NCBI GenBank assembly: GCA_013265495.1
Contig: MU058000.1
Location: 2,728,001 to 2,792,000, forward strand
DNA length: 64,000 nucleotides
Direction: 5' to 3'
Origin: Vicugna vicugna
Lineage: Eukaryota
This document shows positions 1-13,479 of the stretch, one piece after another. Position numbers and translations under genes: made by a program. Below the pieces are notes generated by a model. That model saw nothing but the letters and a program-made list of their open reading frames with translations, made no database searches and was not told the DNA's origin. Within the stretch, counting starts at the first letter, position 1. Each line of letters begins with the position of its first letter.

Positions 1-400
1 GACCTCAGAGAACAGGCTAAAAATATGTTCCTATTAAAATAGTATTAGACCAGACTTTGCTTTAATTTAACCACAATATGTTCTTTGAACAAGAGTCATA
101 TTCAGCCACAAAAAAAGCTTGACATACAGATAATATATTGCATTACAAAGAGTTATACCTTCATTTGAAAGTAACTAGACTTTATAAAGTAGTTTTTAAC
201 AGCAAAGTATGATTTTTGAGGGGCTTAGTATTACCAACTATCTTAAAATATAGAAGTTTGAAATAGTATTTATTTAAAATTTCAAGTGGATATTTCATTC
301 AGACTGTGCATCTCAAAGATAATGGATATTTCCTTTAAAATAAACAAACATCCCAATCGAAATTTCACTACCATATTGTTTATTTTTCGCTCATGGCAGT

Positions 401-818
401 TGTTAGGAGTCAGGTTGTTTCTCTCAAAATTTATACGTTCAAATCTTAACCCCCTTTACTTCTAAATGTGACCTTCCTTGGAGATAGGGTCTCTGGAGAT
501 AATTAACTTGAAGTGAGATCATTAGAGTGGATCCTAATCCAGTTATGGCTGATGTCTCTATAAAAAGAGGAATAAAGACAGAAAAATGATACACATAGAA
601 GAAAGATGATGTGAAGACACAGGGAGAAGATGGCCATTGAGTAGCCAAAGAGAGATGCCTGGAACAGATCTTTCCTTTAAGGCCCTAAGAGGGAACCAAC
701 CTTGCTGGCCCCTTGATCTCAGACTTCCAGCCTCCAGAACTGAGAGACAGTAACGTGCTGTGTGTAAGCCTCCCAGCTGGTGGTATTTTTGTTACAACAG
801 CTTTAGCAAACTAATAAA
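401..818 (+). mobile_element. MaLR solo LTR (MLT1B/C-like)
   Basis: Diagnostic MLT1 blocks in order: aatgtgacc..ttggagatagggtct, cctaatcc, gaagatgatgtgaagacacagggagaagatggcc, cttgatctcagacttccagcctccagaactg, and terminal gcaaactaata. Confidence 0.9.
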
Positions 819-984
819 GCTTATTTACTGCCAAGTAATTTGTTTTCAATCAAAATGTTTTAAAACTATCCCTTAAGTGTCAATTAATTATGCTCTTCAG
901 AACTTGTAATGCTTTTTAGATGCAGAGGAAAGTCACTGAGAGTAAAGGGCTTAAAGATCCAACACACCCATCCTCCCATCAGTG

Positions 985-1146
985 AGGCTCTGGGTGATTG
1001 TTCAACTTCCCTGTGTCTCAATTTCATCATTAATAAAATGGAAATAATAGTGGTTTCTAACTCATGAGAGTGGTTGTGAGGATTAAAATAGATAAAATAT
1101 ATAAAGTACTGTAATGTGTGTGGCCTCTAGTTAGCACTCTATAAAT
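985..1146 (+). mobile_element. MIR SINE remnant
   Basis: MIR core-like ctgtgtctcaatttcatcattaataaaatggaaataatag...gttgtgaggattaaa. Confidence 0.75.
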
Positions 1147-2149
1147 TTAGGGGTCATGAAGGTGACAATTTACCTATGCAAATTACTATTGAAGTTGGAG
1201 TCATTGTGAAACATAACCAGAAATCTAATGTATTTCTAAAAATTAAGACTTGCAAGTCTACTACATCCCGCGGCATAGACCTTAATAATACTTGGCACCA
1301 CGTTATGACTTCAACCAAAACTCCCCTAAAGCTTTCTTCTTTGAACAATGTGTATGAGTCGCGCATCATCCTGCAAGATCTTAAGAAGAAAAGATGCTCA
1401 GTTAGCCATCGTAATGATGGGACACTGAGGTCTAGTTAGAGAGAGAACATATGGATACACATGGCTCTAATCCAAAGGAATAATTCCTACTGCAAGAGAA
1501 ATATAGCTGAAGGTGAATTCCACACCTGGATCGTACAATTGCCCCTCACCTGTAACAGCATCCTGACTTCCCTACTCTTATCTATGCTCCCCAGTGAAAG
1601 CTTTTCTAAGTCTCATTACCCCATGCTCAGATCCTTCAGCAAGTCATCCTTTTGTGGATTAATATAATCGTTCACCAAGTCTTTACTTACAGCTTCATGT
1701 ATGTCAGGTTTTGTGCTAGGCTCACCATTTAGGCATGTGGGGTGAAAGGCCAAGGGAGGGGGCTGTGTTTAGTACACTCCCCTTGAGAGATTTGTGCATG
1801 CTTTCTCTCTTTAGAAACTACGGAAATACTGGGACACAGGAAAGTGTTTCCTAGGTGACCCCTGACAGATTTAGCCCCATTTGTTTATGTTTGTAAGGAA
1901 GCTGTGCTCACTTCAGTCATTGCACTTAATCATCCTAGATTATGGCGAATTCACAAAGACTGTCTACTCTGCCACATTCTCTAATATTCAAATTCTTATA
2001 AGCATCATACTTAGTTTTAATATGCTCAGAATCGAATGCAGTGGCCAGTATGAATCTAGTGCAATGTAAATAAAAGTGTGAATTAATCATTTGAAAAGAG
2101 GGAAGGTGAGGAGTAGGTAGACAATCATGAAGAACTCAGTATTCACGTA

Positions 2150-2400
2150 GAGCTTTGCATAAGGGGAGGGTACAGACAAGAAAAGATGGTGGGAGAAGAA
2201 AATTCCAGGCAGATGGAAAAATCAAGAGCTAAAGCACACATATGGGGAAAGGAATATGTGCTTAAATTGCAAACAAGTCAATTTGGCTAGGGCCTGATGC
2301 GTGTGAGCATGAATTAGGTAGAATTTAAAAAGGCAAATCCTATTTACAGCATGGAGGCTCATAAATGCAAGGCCAGGGAATTTCAACCTTAATTGTTATG
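2150..2400 (-). mobile_element. Possible L2 LINE remnant
   Basis: gggagaagaaaattccaggcagatggaaaa resembles the antisense L2 3' region; highly diverged. Confidence 0.35.
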
Positions 2401-3914
2401 ACTCTGAAAACAACACTCCATGATTCTCCATTGCCTTTGGCATAATCTGTTAACAGTTTGTAATTTGGAAAAGCCATGGGAGAGAATTTTGTTGACATCC
2501 AGATATATTAACTCATATTACTCTGTGTTTAATTCAACCTGAATGTATTTTCATCCACTAATAGAATTGTTTTCTTTGTTACTTTGATATATTTTGAATA
2601 TAGCCCTTAATTGCATATATTAAATATCATATCTTAGGTTTTTTACTCTTAAATGGACAATAAATTTACTTTTTGTGTCCTATAAATGCTGATGCACATT
2701 AAGGTCTTCTGGAAAATGTGAGACTTAAGAAACATAAATACATAACCAGCAACAACATTGTAAGAACATAGGATCATAAGATGTTGCTCATAAAATCAAG
2801 ACTATTATTTATTTATGTAAATATTCATCTAATTCTCTACTAAGCTTGAGGTAAATGGAATCCGAAAGCAAAGCAAAAGCTACCTGGTGGCAAGATAATT
2901 TTGAAAAAAGTAATACAGAAACTCAGTGTACCATTTAAGTTAATGGTGGACAGTTGATCAAAAGACATACCCCCAATATGCTTGTAAGAAAAAAATATCT
3001 AAAACAACAAAAATTAGCATGATTCAGACATTTAAAAATGCATACATTATACATGCTTACATAGAATAAATTTTTGAGTGTTGTCGTAAGAAAATACTCA
3101 TAGTACCCTATCTATTTGTGCCAACGTGGGTGAATTTCAAAATCAGAATGTTTCACGTAGAAAAGTTTGAAAATTCTTAAACTTGGATGCTATCTAAAGT
3201 GTCGTCTAAATTTTAATATCTCCAAAGCAAAAAGTGTATTGTTTACTGATACATATGTGCTAAAATTACGCAGTTCTCCTTGGAAATGACCTGCATTGAC
3301 CTCAGGATTTCACATTTCTATGAGAAAGACAGGAGAAATATTACACAGGATTCTGTAGTCCTGGGGTATTGGTATGTACTAGTCTTAAAGCAAATATCTT
3401 TGTTTGTTTTCTAAAAAAATAAAATGTTTGAAGCAAATACAAGTCACTTGGAGGAGCACCTTTGTCAAGCCAATATGCTTACTCTTACCACTCTTGCCCT
3501 CTGGAATAGTAGGTGACCAGTTGCCTTAAGTGAAGGAACATCCCAAGAGGATTCTCTTCTAGAGGCAAACGTTTCTAGATCACATGATGTTTTTGCCTCC
3601 ATAAAGAGAGAAAGCTAGACGCTTGTATATCAAGATGACAGGAAAGCAAAAAGGAAAGAATAAAGATAAGAAAGTTAGTTCTGCTTCTGCAGACAATGCA
3701 TAGTTTTTAATATGTTAGAAATTATCTTTGAGCGTTAGTATTATAACACATTTTAACATGATTTTCATCCTTTTCTGTGGTATCTAAAATTTCTAAAATG
3801 AGAATATGTGACTTTTATACCCAGAAAAGGAAAATCATTTCAAAAATGTATAAGAAGATTAAATGTTAATACAAGCAAAACAAACATTTTTTTTACACAT
3901 TATCATTTTTAAAA

Positions 3915-4985
3915 ATTATGGAACCTGCAAATACTCTTAAAACACAGTGAGAAGACAAATGACCCAACTGAAAAATCGTGAAAACCTTGAACAGATACCT
4001 CACCAAAGATGACACACAGGTGACAAGTAAGCAAAACAAGTAAGGAAAGATGCTTAACAGTTTTGGCATTAAAGAATGACAAATTTAAACAACAATGAGA
4101 TACTACTACATCCTTATTAGAACAGCCAAAATCCCAAACACTGACAACACCAAATGTCGGTAGGGATATGAAAATCTCATTCATTTCTGGTAGGAACGCA
4201 AAATGGTACAGCCACTTTGAACAGTTTGACAGATTCCTACAAAACTAAACATGCTTATACAATCCAGAAATTATACTCACTGGGACCCAAAGGAGTTGAA
4301 AATTTATGTCCACACAAAAACCCGCACACAACGTTTACAGCTGCTTTATTCACAACTGACAAAACTTGGAGGCAACCAACATGTCCTTCGGCAGGTGAAT
4401 GGATAAGTAAACAGGGTTATATCTAAACCATAGAATATTATTAAGCACTGAAAAGAAATAAGCTGTCAAGTCATGAAAAAAAAATAGAGAAAACTTACGT
4501 GTCAGAAAAAAAAAATCTGAAAAGACTGAAGACTGTGTGATTCCAACTATATGACACTATGGAAAAAGCAAAACAGTGTGGACAGTGAAAAGATCAGAGG
4601 TTTCCAGGGTAAGGAGAAAAGAGGGGAATAATCAGCAGAATACAGAGGATTTTTAGGGCAGTGAAACTCTTCTGTACAATACGGTAGTGGTGGATACATG
4701 TTATGATACATTTGTCAAAATTCATAGGCTAGACAAAAACAAGCATGAACCCTGATGTAAACTATGGATTTTGAGTGATAATGATGTGTCAAAGTAGGTT
4801 CGTTGATTATAACAAATGTACCACTCTGGTGATGGATGTTGACTTGGGGGGAGGTTGTACATATGCAGGGGCAGACGGTACATGGAAAATCTTTGTGATT
4901 GATGTTCAATTTTTCTGTGAACCTAAAATACTCTAAAAGTAAAATTTATAGAGTCTATAAAAAAGTAAATAAATAAATAAATGTT
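3915..4985 (+). mobile_element. Old LINE-1 3' end (L1MC-like): decayed ORF2 C-terminus, 3'UTR, A-rich tail
   Basis: ORF 4217-4426 contains HTTFTAALFTTDKTWRQPTCPSAGEWI (L1 ORF2 C-terminus). L1MC-type 3'UTR motifs (gtaaactatgga, aacaaatgtaccactctggtg). Tail aaataaataaataa. Confidence 0.88.
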
Positions 4986-5571
4986 TAAAAAATCATGGAG
5001 CCTATAAACATTGCTGCTGCTTTTTTCTCCTTTTGTGAGACATCTTAAATTAGCTCAAATCAAAAATGAAAATGTTTATTAAATTGTATATCCATTTTAT
5101 TGGACTTGATTTCTATCATTCTGAAGCTTTAATTATTTGATTCAATTTCATAAATTTTAAAGAACTGTTAATCCATAAACCATGATGTAATTAATAGTAA
5201 ATGGGACAGAGTCCTTTTGCTGAGCAAGCTCACAATATAGTAACGTACATTAAAAGGTGCTTAAATGCTCATATTTCCTTCTATTTGCTTTAATTTAACT
5301 CATTTTTATTTACTTATTTGTTTGGTGTAAGGACATCTTAAACAAGTAAATTTCTTTTCTCATGCAAAATTCTGAGTTACCAAGTTTGGTTAAGAGGATC
5401 CACAGTCTTCAGTGCCAGATTTTTCTTCTGCATTTCCATTTTATCACCCTTTATACATGGCCCCTGGGTTCAGGATCAGCTCATGATTGCTAGATGTTTC
5501 CTGTAACTTTAGCCATTATATCCCTTTTCTGGGCAGAAATACGATATAGGAGAGCCAAATGCTGTTCTTTT

Positions 5572-7905
5572 TATTTTGCATTTCTCATTTTTATTTTGTG
5601 TTTTATTGTTTATTTATTTTGTTATTGAAGTATAGTTGATTTGCAATATTATATTAGTTTCAGATGCACAAAATACTGATTCAATATTTTAATAGGTTAT
5701 ACTCTGTTTAAAGTTATTAAAAATAATGGCTATGTTTCCTTGTGCTGTATTCTTGCTGCTTATTTATTTTACACACAGTGGTTTGTGTCTCTTAATCCCA
5801 TACCCCTCTCTCATCCCCACCCCCTCCCCTTTCCCCACTGGTAACCTCTAGTTTGTCCTCTATATCTGTGGGTCTGTTTCTGTTTTGTTATATACATCTG
5901 TTTGTTTTATTTTTTAGATTCCACATGGAGTGATAACATAGAGCATTTGTCTTTCCCTGTGTGACTTATTTCATAGCATAGTACTTTCTGCGTCCATCCA
6001 CTTTGTTGAAAATGGCAGAACTTCATTCTTTTTTTATGGCTGAGTCATATTCTATTGTATATACCACATCTTTACCCATTCATCTGTTGATGGATACCCA
6101 TTCATGATGGGCGTTTAGATTGCTTCCATATCTTGGCTATTGTAAACAACCCTGCTGTAAATATTAGGGTGCATATATCTTTTTGAATTAGTGTTTTCAT
6201 TTTCTTCAAATAAGTTAGATTCCACATGGAGTGATAACGTAGAGCATTTGTCTTTCCCTGTGTGACTTATTTCATAGCATAATACTTTCTACGTCCATCC
6301 ACTTTGTTGAAAATGGCAGAACTTCATTCTTTTTTTATGGCTGAGTCATATTCTATTGTATATACCACATCTTTACCCATTCATCTGTTGATGGGCGTTT
6401 AGATTGCTTCCATATCTTGGCTATTGTAAACAACCCTGCTGTAAATATTAGGGTGCATATATCTTTTTGAATTAGTGTTTTCATTTTCTTCAAATATATG
6501 CCTAGCAGTGAGAGTGCTGGATCATGTGGTATTTCTATGTTTAATTTTTTAAAGGAACTTCCATACAGTCTTCCATAGGGGTTACACAAATTTATATTCC
6601 CAGCAATGTTGTATTAGGATTCCCTTTTCTCCACATCTTTGCCAGCACTTATTATTTGTAGACTTTTTGATGATAGCCATTCTAACAGGTGTGAGAGGAT
6701 ATCGAATTGAGGTTTTGATTTGCTTTTCTCTGATGATTAATGATGCTGAGCATTTTTTCATGTGCCTACTGGCCATCAGTATATCTTCTTAGGAAAAATG
6801 TTTATTCAGGTCTTCTGCTCATTTGTCAGTCATGTTTGTTCGTTTGTTTGTTTTGATATTGAGTTGTAAAGAGCTGTTTATATATTTGAATATTAACCCC
6901 TGATCAGTCATATAATTTACAAATGTTTTCTCCTATTCTGTAGGTTGTCTTTTCATTTTGTAAATGATTTCCTTTGCTGTGTAAAATCTTTTAAGTTTAA
7001 TTAGGTCCCAGTTCTTACTTTTCCTTTTATTTCTTTTGTCTTAGGAGAAAGATCCAAGAAAATATTTCTACAATTTATGTCAAAGAGTGTTCTGTCTGTG
7101 TTCCCTTCTAGTAATTTTATGGTTTTCAGTCTTACATTTATATGTTTAATCCATTTTGAGTTTATTTTTGTATATGACATGAGGAAATATTCTAATCTCA
7201 TTCTTTCTCATGTAGCTATCCAGTTTTCCCAGCACCACTTATTGAAGAGATTGTCTTTTCTCCACTGTATATTCTTGCCTCCTTTGAGATGTATTAATTT
7301 ATCCTAAGTGTATGAGTTTATTTTTGACACTCTATTTTGTTCCATTGACCTATGTGTCTGTACCAGTACCATGCTGTTTTGATTACTGTAGCTTAGTAGT
7401 ATAGTCTGAAATGAGGTGGGGATTCTTCAACTTTGTTCTTTATTCTCAAGATTGCTTTGACAATTTGGGGTCTTTTTTGGTTTCACATAATTTTGGTTCC
7501 ACATAAACTTTAGCATTACTTGCTCTAGTTCTGTAAGAAATGCTATGGGTATTTTGCAGAGTTTGAATTAAATCTATAGACTCCTTTGGGTAGTATGGAA
7601 ATTTTAGCAATATTGACTCTTCCAGTCCAAGAACATGGGATATCTTTCCATTTCTTTGTATCATTTTCAAATTCCTTCATCAGTGTTTTATAGTTTTCAG
7701 AGTATAGGTTTTTTGCCTCCTTGGTTAAGTTTATTTGTAGGTATTTTATTATTTCCAATGCAATTGTAAATGAAATTGTTTCCTTAATGTTCCTTTCTTA
7801 TATTTCACTATTAATTTATGGAAAAGTAGCAGATTTCTGATTATCAACCTTGTATCCTGCAACTTTACTGAATTCATTTATTAGTTCTAATAGCTTTTGG
7901 TGGAC
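5572..7905 (-). mobile_element. 5'-truncated LINE-1 (artiodactyl-type 3'UTR) with internal tandem duplication
   Basis: Minus-strand ORF pieces match L1 ORF2 ([78 protein letters not shown]). T-rich tail at left. Frameshifted and inactive. Confidence 0.95.
5914..6496. repeat. Tandem duplication: copies 5914-6212 and 6215-6496
   Basis: Both copies start ttagattccacatggagtgataac and end ttttcttcaaata. I count 3 substitutions plus a 17-nt insertion in copy 1. Confidence 0.97.
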
Positions 7906-7929
7906 ACTCCAAAAGCTTTTTTCTTTTAA

Positions 7930-8820
7930 AGAAAAATAGTTTATTGAAGTATATTGTACATGTCTAAAGAGTGCACAAATCAAAATCTACCACCCCTCAG
8001 TTTTCTAAAGTGACATTACATTTGCCATCAGCATTTAGATTAAGAAATAGAACATTATCCGCAAAACCCCTCATCCCCTTTTAAGTAACTAACTCTAAAA
8101 GGAAATCATTAAGCTGACTTTTCTAAAAGCACATCTATTTCACTTGGTTTTCAGATTTAAATGAATGAACTCTTACAGTATATGCTCATTTGTGTCTTCT
8201 TTTCTGCCACATGATGACAATATGATTCAGTCATGTTTCCAAGTAGGGCTTTTGCTATTTTATTTTTGCTATTGTTTTGTAATATCTCTTTGTGTGCAGT
8301 AAAATTTTATCATTTTACTGTAGATAGGCCTTTGGGTGATTTCCAGTTTTAGCCTATGAACATTTTTGTCCTTGTCTCGTAGTGAACCTATACATTTATT
8401 TCTGTTTCCTTTATGCGCAAAGTGGAATTTCTGATCTGCAGGAAAATGTCAATTTTCTCAAGAGATTGTATAATTCATACGCCCGTCTCCAAGAGAGAGT
8501 TCCAGTTGCTTCACATCCTCACCAGCACCATGATTTACCTATTTTAGCTTTCTGGTAGAGGTGTGCTAGCATCCCAGGATTCATTTAAACTCTCATTTCC
8601 TGATGATTAATGAAATTGAGCACCAGTTTTATGTTTAATGGTCATTTCTACAATCTCTTTTGTAAAATGACACAGTATGTTGCCTATTTTCTAGTAGGTT
8701 GTTTGATTTGTCTTGATTTTTAGGTGTTTTTTTTTTAATATTCTGCATATGAATCTCTCAAAGGATATATATGTTACAAATGTTTCTCTCACACTGCAGG
8801 TTGCTCTTTTACCCTCTTCA
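7930..8820 (-). mobile_element. Ancient LINE-1 3' end (L1ME-like)
   Basis: Antisense L1 motifs: agagttccagttgcttcacatcctcaccagcac, atttcctgatgattaatgaaattgagcac, gattaagaaatagaacatt. Confidence 0.7.
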
Positions 8821-10851
8821 TTATATTAGGACCTCAGAAAAATTACCAGTTTTCTAAAATAAATAATACATACAAAATAAAAATACAGTGAAGACAGGTT
8901 AATTATCATTGCAAAACCTAATACTAATAATAAACAATCACATATATTCTATAATTTAAAACAGAGCAACCATTTAAAACATTTAAATGGAATAGCTGAA
9001 GAGTCCTATTTTGGTTAAAAGTGAAAACAAAGCCATCAACACCTGTAGAGTCACATGTTTTTCCATCCATTTTTCTCTATGTAATTGGTATATGAATCTG
9101 GAGACGGTGGCAATGAGCAGAAGTGAGAATTTGATTAAAGTTTTGCACTTTCCTTCTATAAAAATTCTACGGTTATGTACACACACACACATTTTGGTGT
9201 ATAATTTTAGAGACTTTGCCTTCTGAAATCTGGTAAAGCCTGTGAATGTAGTCCATCTGAGTTCAATCCATTTTCCTCCCTCTAGAAAAAAAACAAAGTA
9301 TCTTTGTAATCCTACACAGATGGTTCCTTCTTGATTATGATTTTTGTCCATCTGTGTTGTTTACTAGATAACATGAAACAAATGATCTCAAGCCTATGGC
9401 AAAGCACACACTTATAAAACCATTTCATAGCAAATCAGTAAAAAGGAACATAATTTTAAAAAAGAACAAAATTTCATTTTTCCCACTTTTTTTACTCACG
9501 TCATTTATTTTCTCTCCTTCACTGCTCATTCACATTCTAGCTTCCCCTACAAAATTATTAAAAGAAGGGAGAAACTGTTTTCTAGATATTGTGTGTTTTT
9601 GAGTGTCTCTCCTCCACAACTCCCTCCCTGTCTGTAAATTGTACATTCAAGGCTATGAAATATTCAACAAACACCATTTTGATGCCCTCCTATCTAGAGA
9701 CCTCTATTTTACAAAACAGATTGTTTACAACTGTGCTCCCCTTCTGCCTAATGGGTACCCTGGGGGGATGTGGTTGGCTTTGTGATTCAATCACATATTT
9801 TCAACATACAACAGTGCGGAAGCCAATGAAGTCTGATAGTAGCAAACATTATTCAGTGATCTCCGAATAGAAGAGGTTCATACTTCTCTTCCCTCTGGGG
9901 CATAAAGGAAAAGGACACAGTGGGATGTGTGAACTGCAACCACATATAGGCAAATTATTTCAAAAGGTAGTGGAGTGTTTCATGTTCTTCGGAGTCAAAT
10001 GGGAGCCCTAAACTGTCAAGCTTAGCTGCGGTGGAAATGGGTTTCTCTTTGGGGATCAAGATACACATTCATTTCCTTCCCATTTGGTTTGCTGACACAG
10101 CAGCCGTGCCCTGGAAGGTGCTGCCTGGGACTGCCAGAAGGGTGAAAGCAGAAATAAATCACCTCGCTCTATTGGGTTCTCAGACCAATAGCAAGAATTA
10201 ATGTGGCTCCACAAAGACCAAAGTGCTTCCTAGGAGCCTGGGAAAACCAATATTTCACTGATGGTGCCAGCTAGTGTTCTATATGAAAGCAAAACTTACT
10301 GAGTAGCAAGATGAGAAGAGGTGAGGAAGAAAACTTCCAGTAAGAAACCAGAAGTGTCTTGAATACTGGGATTAACCATTTAGCCATGCTGATTTAACTA
10401 TATTAGGATAGATGTACATTCAGCTCAATGACATTTTTTTTAAAGTAAGGACTATGTATTGTGCACAGCTTTGCACTACACCTTAAGAATATAGTGCGCA
10501 AAACATAATTTCTGATGTCTAAAGCTTGGAGTTGATTTTGGAAAAGAAAAAGTAAGTAGTAGTTTCTGGATGGTGTATTTGATGGTAAGTTTAGCAAAGG
10601 AGGTCGTGAGATCAACGGGAGGGATACCTCTCCCAAACTCAAGCAAGTTCACAGAATCAACCCAGGAGAGGTGACTGCTAAGTCGAGATCTAGCAGATGA
10701 CTAGGGGAAGGTCAGGTAAAGTGGTGGGGGAAATGGAGTGACAATGATGATGACTTAAGAGCTATTACAATGCTAAAGTTGACAGAGTATACAAAATGCT
10801 GTGATGTTAGAAAGAAAAAATAAAAAGAGGAGAATCTAATAATGACCTAGC

Positions 10852-11337
10852 TATGGGATAAAGTCTAAAATTAAGGCCCCATATGATGTATGCCTTGACA
10901 TCTGGGGAAAACCAAGAGGGTCTTGAATGTCCTAACCTCAAGCTCATTTCACATTGTGCTCTCGTCCATAAGGTCTTTTGTCAAACAGCCTTCCTTATCA
11001 TGGCGAACAAGTGCAATGCCTGCTTGTCTCTGAATAAAAGGCTTCAGTTCCCTACCAACCCACAGAATTATTCAAACACGCCGAGCGCATCTTCCCACAG
11101 GAATTAGGAGTCATTCTACATTTTGCGTTTTACTGCAAAGCCTAGTTCCCACAGCCTCTGATGACTCATTCAACCCCCTTGTGGTCCTGCGTGGCACAGC
11201 GTCCTCACCCCTCCTTCTGTGAGTGTGTGTGGTTAACTCATCTGTCCAGTGTTGGGTTTTGTGTCTTCAGCCATCCTAATAATCCTAAAACAGGCACTCC
11301 TCTTTCCTAATGGTGAGAAGAGGATATGGTTAGAGCA
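10852..11337 (+). mobile_element. ERVL-class solo LTR (MER73/MER74-like)
   Basis: ctaaaattaaggccc..tgccttgacatctgg, gaattattcaaaca, and ctcatctgtccagtgttggg resemble this LTR group as recalled. Family name uncertain. Confidence 0.6.
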
Positions 11338-11350
11338 CTAGCTTGGACAA

Positions 11351-11880
11351 TGTTTTGGTCTGTTTGGGCTGCTGTAACAGAATACCATAGAATAGGTGAC
11401 TTAAGCAGCAAATACCTATTTCTCACAATTCTGGAAATTGGAAAGATCAAGGTCAAGGCACTGGCAGATTCACTGTCTAATGAGGGCCAATTTTCTGATT
11501 TAGAGATGGCTGTCTTCTTACTGTGTCTTTAAGTGGAGGAAGAGAAAGAGCTCGAGGACTTTCTAAGATCCCTTTTATAAGGGCAGCAATCCCACTTATG
11601 AGGGTTCCACCCTCATGACCTATTCACTCTCTAAAGGCCCACCTCCTAATATCATCACATTGAAGGTTAAGATTTTAACATACATATTTTGGGAGGACAT
11701 AAATATCCAGTCCATAATGTTCTGCCTTTGGATCCCTGAAACGTATGTCCTTCTCACAAGCAAAACACATCCATTCCATCTCAACAAAAGTCTTAACTCA
11801 TTCCAGCATCAGCTGCAAAATCTGAGCCTCCAGTCCCATCTAAATATCATCCGAATCAGATGTGGGTGAGACTCAAGGTA
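11351..11880 (-). mobile_element. MaLR MLT1A-like LTR (11351-11718) with adjoining internal sequence (11719-11880)
   Basis: gggctgctgtaacagaataccatag, tatttctcacaattctgga, cccttttataagggc, ccaccctcatgacct; followed by MaLR-internal-like aaaagtcttaactcattccagcatc and gggtgagactcaaggta. Confidence 0.88.
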
Positions 11881-12145
11881 CCAGGTCACAGGTTTTCCCA
11901 TGATTGATCAAGGAAATGCCTAAGGAAGAATAGGTTTTTTTGCTTGTTTGTTTGTTTGTTTGGTAAGGGTGAAAGTAGAGGTAGATGAGGAATGTAACAA
12001 ACTCAGTTTTGGAGAATATGAAAAAAAAAAGAAGCAATCTATTATGTAAAAGGAGGAGGAAAAAAGAGAAAGGAATGTGATTTATGTAAAAACATTTGCA
12101 GGTTGCTTGGCAGGAAATTGAGCGAGTTTCTGCCTAACTACTTTC

Positions 12146-12288
12146 TTTACTTTTTTTTTTTTAATTTTTTTGAATGGGAGGTAATTAGGTTTATTTATTT
12201 ATTTATTTTTAGTGGAGGTACTGGGGATTAAACTCAGGACCTTGTGCATCCTAAGCATGCATTCTACCACTGAGCTATACCCTCTCAC
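12146..12288 (-). mobile_element. tRNA-derived camelid SINE (Vic-1-like) with 17-bp TSD
   Basis: Reverse complement reads gagggtatagctcagtggtagaatgcatgcttagg..gtcctgagtttaatccccagtacctcc plus an A-rich tail. TSD tctgcctaa(c/t)tactttc at 12129-12145 and 12289-12305 (1 mismatch). Confidence 0.92.
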
Positions 12289-12489
12289 TCTGCCTAATTA
12301 CTTTCATTTTCCATTTGAGTTGGGAACAACAAAATCCCTGAGAAAGATGGAGGAAATTGTTAGGTAAGGGATTTGGGGAGAATGGAGCAAGTTGGAAAGA
12401 GCCAAAGAACTCTGGTGAAGGATCCAAAGGTGCATCACTCAGGGGATCTGAGTTATCTCTGCGAAATCTTTTATTCTTCTTATTTTAAA

Positions 12490-12666
12490 ATGGACAAATA
12501 AACAACAAGTTTATACTGTATATTATGGGGAACTATATTCAATGTCTTGTAGTAACCTATAACGAAAAATAATCTGAAAATGAATATACATATATATGTA
12601 TAACTGAACTGTTATGCTGCACACCAGAAACTGACACAACATTTATACCTCAGTAAAAAAAAATAT
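12490..12666 (+). mobile_element. Severely truncated LINE-1 3'UTR end
   Basis: ataaacaacaag..ggaactatattcaa..cttgtagtaac..ttatgctgcacaccagaaactgacaca, nearly the same as the L1 3' end at 43900-44045; poly(A) follows. Confidence 0.88.
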
Positions 12667-13184
12667 ATTAAGAAATTAAAAAATAATGAAATTAACATAG
12701 ATTATGCACATTATGTATAAAATAACAGTTCTAGCTTCAGAATCTTTGTAGGCTAAACCAACATGGTGCAAAGGCAGATGAAAATTGCCCTGGCCAAGAA
12801 TTTTGAAATTGTATAGTTTATACATACGTACCTCAACATCTATGTTTATGCTTCTCTGTTGCATAGAAGTTTATCTATTAATTTATAAAAGATCCTTTAT
12901 TGGCTTGAGCAGAAATGCTAAACTGCACTTGGAGGAAAGCAAACTCTTGGAAAAACTTTTGAAGGCAGGGATTGAGTAATGGAGGGAAGAGCAAAATGTG
13001 TGATTTATCAAATTGTAGGAAACACCTAGAAGGGTAAACAAGATGAGGAATTCTAAGACCTATGATGGTAGAAAGACTTGAAGTGAAAGAAAGAGTTCAG
13101 TGTGATATAAAGCGAAGAGATATGCTTCGTGATTTTAGATGTTTTCTCTTGATACGTCACGTTTAAAAGGAAAGTTGCTTATTC

Positions 13185-13479
13185 AATGACTAGTGTCCTT
13201 ACCAGATGAAGGAAATTTGGACAAAAGACACACAGAGAGCACACCCCATGATGACAGCGGCAGAGCCTGGAGTGATGTTTCTACACATCGAAGAACCACA
13301 CGGACTTCTGGTGGCCCCCAGAACTACAGAGGGGCAAGAGGGGATTCACCCTTTAAGCCTTCAGAGAGCGAGACCCTGAGACACTTTGGATTTCAAACTT
13401 CCAGCTTTGAGAATTGTAAGAGAATAAATTTCTGTCCTGTTAAGTCACCTAGTTACAACAGTCCTAGGAAACTGACACT
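13185..13479 (+). mobile_element. MaLR LTR 3' part (MLT1C-like)
   Basis: gactagtgtcctta..ggaaatttggaca, gccttcagagag, tgtaagagaataaatttctgt, cagtcctaggaaactgacac. Confidence 0.8.

Noticed and set aside
5815..5837. C-run cluster (G-quadruplex potential on the minus strand)
   Set aside because: This is the well-known G-rich tract of L1 3'UTRs.
7892..7917. 9-bp inverted repeat at the L1 5' junction (agcttttgg / ccaaaagct)
   Set aside because: The right arm can equally be a degenerate TSD matching ccaaatgctg at 5555-5564; too short to interpret.
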